Assembly (NCBI GenBank): GCA_054661495.1
Contig: BAAFSQ010000023.1
Span: 30,001 to 62,000, forward strand
Reading direction: 5' to 3'
Length of the DNA: 32,000 bases
Origin: Zygophlyctis sp. KS116
Taxonomy: Eukaryota; Fungi; Chytridiomycota
Of this stretch, positions 29,836-32,000 are shown piece by piece. Positions within the stretch are counted from its first letter, which is position 1; every line of letters begins with the position of its first letter. The translations under genes were made by a program, and so were the position numbers. The notes beneath the pieces were generated by a model. That model saw only the letters and a program-made list of their open reading frames with translations, did not search any database and was not told where the DNA came from.

Positions 29836-32000
29836 TTAAACTTCCTGCTGAGTAAAACTTGGGAATTCAGACTCCACTACATTCCAACTCTTCTTTTCAC
29901 TGACGAGCTCCTTGATCACTGGTACCAGATCCTCTAAAGATCCTCGTACTTGTCTCGTAGAGTCTCGCTCTCGGAGTGTTACTGTGCCATCTGTAACACT
30001 CTGGAAATCTATCGTTAATGCAAAAGGAGTTCCTAATTCATCATTACGAGCATAGCGACGGCCAATAGATCCAGAAGAGTTATCAACCTTGTTTGGTAAA
30101 TCTGATTCACGCAATAAATCAACTATAAATTTAGGAAAAAGTAAACATACCGCTCTTCTTTATAAATGGAGCAAATTCAGGTTGATTAGAAATAGGGCAG
30201 ATTAAGACTTTTGTAGGAGCAATTTGTGGTGAAAAAGAGAATACAGATTTAGCTTCATCATCAGGTCGAGTATAGTAAGAATGTTCCAATAAAGAATATA
30301 GAATTCTTCCAATTCCAAAAGATGGTTCAATTACATTTGGGATATATTCACGAACTAATTGTTAGTATGTTGTTAATAAGAAAAAGTGTCCCAATAATTG
30401 TTTAAAACAAAAGAAGAATTGTGATTATTATCACTGCTTTTGCTTAATTAACAAATTATTGAGGTATACTGATTTAGCAAGCTAATGACTCATGCCTCTT
30501 CAACACTTCAGCCAAATTTAGCTGGTTGGAAATATAGAATATAAAAGAATTTATATCCCTAATTTTCCAATAAAGAGGGATCAAAGGAGCTTGCGTTTTA
30601 AAATACTTACTGCTGGTTTTTTCAGTTTTCATAAAAATTTCAACCATATCTTTAGTAATTTCATAATTGTTGCCATCTGTTCCTTGAACCATTGTTTTTC
30701 TGTTGTAAGTTTATAATTAGAATACCCATCTCCTTGGTTAAATGAATCTTGTAAAGCTTTCAATTTAGTTTCATCCCAGGATCCATCCACTTGTAAACTA
30801 TCAAAGTAACCCTGCACAAATCTTGCATTCTTTTTAAATGCTGGTCCAAACTTTGATTTAACCAATTCCAAAACTAAACTTGTTTTAATGATTGGTTCAG
30901 AAAGAGCTTCTCTGGCTACAAGATTTTCTCCAGTTTTACGACCATGGGCTCCTAAATCATAAGCAGAGCGATCTGCGCATCCAACACATTCAATCCATCC
31001 CTATATTATAAAATAGCAAAACTCCATACATAACTAGATTCGATCTCTGCATCCCAACAATCGCAAGCATAATGAGCCATTTCATTACTCATGTGTTGAC
31101 GGAAACGTAATCGATCTGCTTTAATTCCAATCTTTATAAGGAATAGGTATATACGAGCCATAAAATATCCCAGAGTTTGATTATTAATCATTCCCTAATT
31201 GATAAAGATAAAAAATCATACATTTTTAACTGCCTCACCGATCGAAAAGACACTCACCTTTCCACCCGACATTTGAGCCTGAGCGGAAAGAAGAGGCAAT
31301 TCAACATTTTCAACTTCTTTAAATCTCGGATGATCTTTTTTCAAGGGGTCTACAAAGTGCTCAATTTCAGCCATTGTAAACTCCCTGACTCTTAGTAGTC
31401 CCTGTCTCGGCGAAATTTCATTCCTAAAAGACTTTCCGATCGAAGCAGATGCAAATGGCATCTGCTGAGAATTAAACTCGTATAGTCTTTTGAAATTCAA
31501 AAAATGAGCTTGTGCAGTTTCGGGTCTTAAGAACCCTTTAAACTGTCCTGTTGGTCCAATTTGCGTATCAAACATAAGATTAAACATTACAGGCTCTGAC
31601 AACTCATTTTTTAATTCTGGAGACTTTATCCCAAATCTTAAAATCAACTGATGCAATTCCTGTCCTTGATAATTATCAAGTGTATCCAGAATTCCTTCAA
31701 TCTCTGATTTCTCTTGATCAGTTAATATCTTCCCCTTCTTCTTTTTGTCCACACCAGCTAGAGTATTTTGATGTTCTTCCAATCTACTTTCCAGCTCATG
31801 TTTAATTAAGTGATCAGCTCTGAAAATATCACCATTAACCTTATCTTTGACCATATAGTCAGCAAATCTATCAACATGCCCAGAAGTTTTTAAAACAACT
31901 TCTGGAGTTAAATTTGTAGTTTCAATTTCGAGCATATCCTCTTGCAAAACAAAATGTGATCTCCATAAAGACAAAATATTATTTTGCAAAGCAGCGCCAG
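29836..32000 (-). CDS. GRS1: Glycyl-tRNA synthetase (eukaryotic dimeric type), 5'-truncated by the window edge
   Basis: Motifs [99 protein letters not shown]. Introns 31195-31221, 31001-31029, 30700-30725, 30355-30610, 30123-30150. Confidence 0.98.
30355..30610 (-). other. Only long intron in the window (256 nt), with perfect splice signals
   Basis: Donor GTAAGT, branch point TACTAAC (30367-30361), acceptor AATTAG. Removal gives ...[20 protein letters not shown]. Confidence 0.92.
30384..30596 (-). ncRNA. Intron-encoded box H/ACA snoRNA (hairpin-H-hairpin-ACA)
   Basis: 5' hairpin closed by GCAAGCT/AGCTTGC; H box AAATCA (ANANNA) at 30475-30470; 3' hairpin CTCAATAATT/AATTATTGGG followed directly by ACA (30389-30387). 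Pocket strands CCUUUG and GAGUCAU complement LSU rRNA AUGACUC-U-C-UUAAGG. Confidence 0.8.

Noticed and set aside
30384-30596. Alternative identity as snR30/U17, telomerase RNA, or a T-box/glycine-riboswitch-like regulator of GlyRS
   Set aside because: I see no U17 m1/m2 motifs in the 3' hairpin, no telomeric template and no riboswitch consensus. The H/ACA layout with an rRNA-complementary pocket explains the structure.
3191-31395. Short antisense or alternate-frame ORFs (e.g. 3191..3457, 4467..4679, 8315..8541, 15174..15416, 22300..22984, 23828..24118, 25528..25713, 31177..31395)
   Set aside because: They are shadows of well-supported genes, with no independent motifs.
1-32000. Fragmented ORFs interpreted as pseudogenes, frameshifting or a non-standard genetic code
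   Set aside because: Essentially every break is repaired by a short GT-AG intron that restores conserved motifs, and all three stop codons terminate genes.
1-32000. Mobile elements, CRISPR arrays, rRNA, viral insertions
   Set aside because: I saw no transposase/RT/integrase motifs, terminal repeats, spaced direct repeats or rRNA sequence.

Overview
This is a very compact, AT-rich eukaryotic window, most likely from a flagellated early-diverging fungus (chytrid-like). That call is an inference: ciliary/centrosomal genes (IFT81, CEP192-like, ZBBX-like) sit beside fungal-type genes (Cdc3 septin, Whi5-motif protein, Nam9, Pcl cyclin). The ORF track is fragmented because genes are split by about 60 tiny GT-AG introns of 24-33 nt, which I spliced by hand. 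This gives about 20 protein genes separated by gaps of only 13-200 nt, with one convergent overlap, plus one tRNA-Ala(CGC). Main points of interest: (1) the only long intron (256 nt, in glycyl-tRNA synthetase) holds a box H/ACA snoRNA predicted to guide pseudouridylation in LSU rRNA helix 69; (2) two tandem membrane-anchored glycosyltransferase fusion genes 19 nt apart (unassigned GT-A + GT64; GT2 + GT4) form a candidate glycan-synthesis module; (3) a minimal CEP192 whose PP1-docking motif appears only after splicing; (4) a ZBBX-like protein without a B-box; (5) a Whi5-like repressor; (6) recurrent telo-box-like and ACGCGA motifs in the tiny intergenic gaps. All family calls come from recalled motifs, not database searches.
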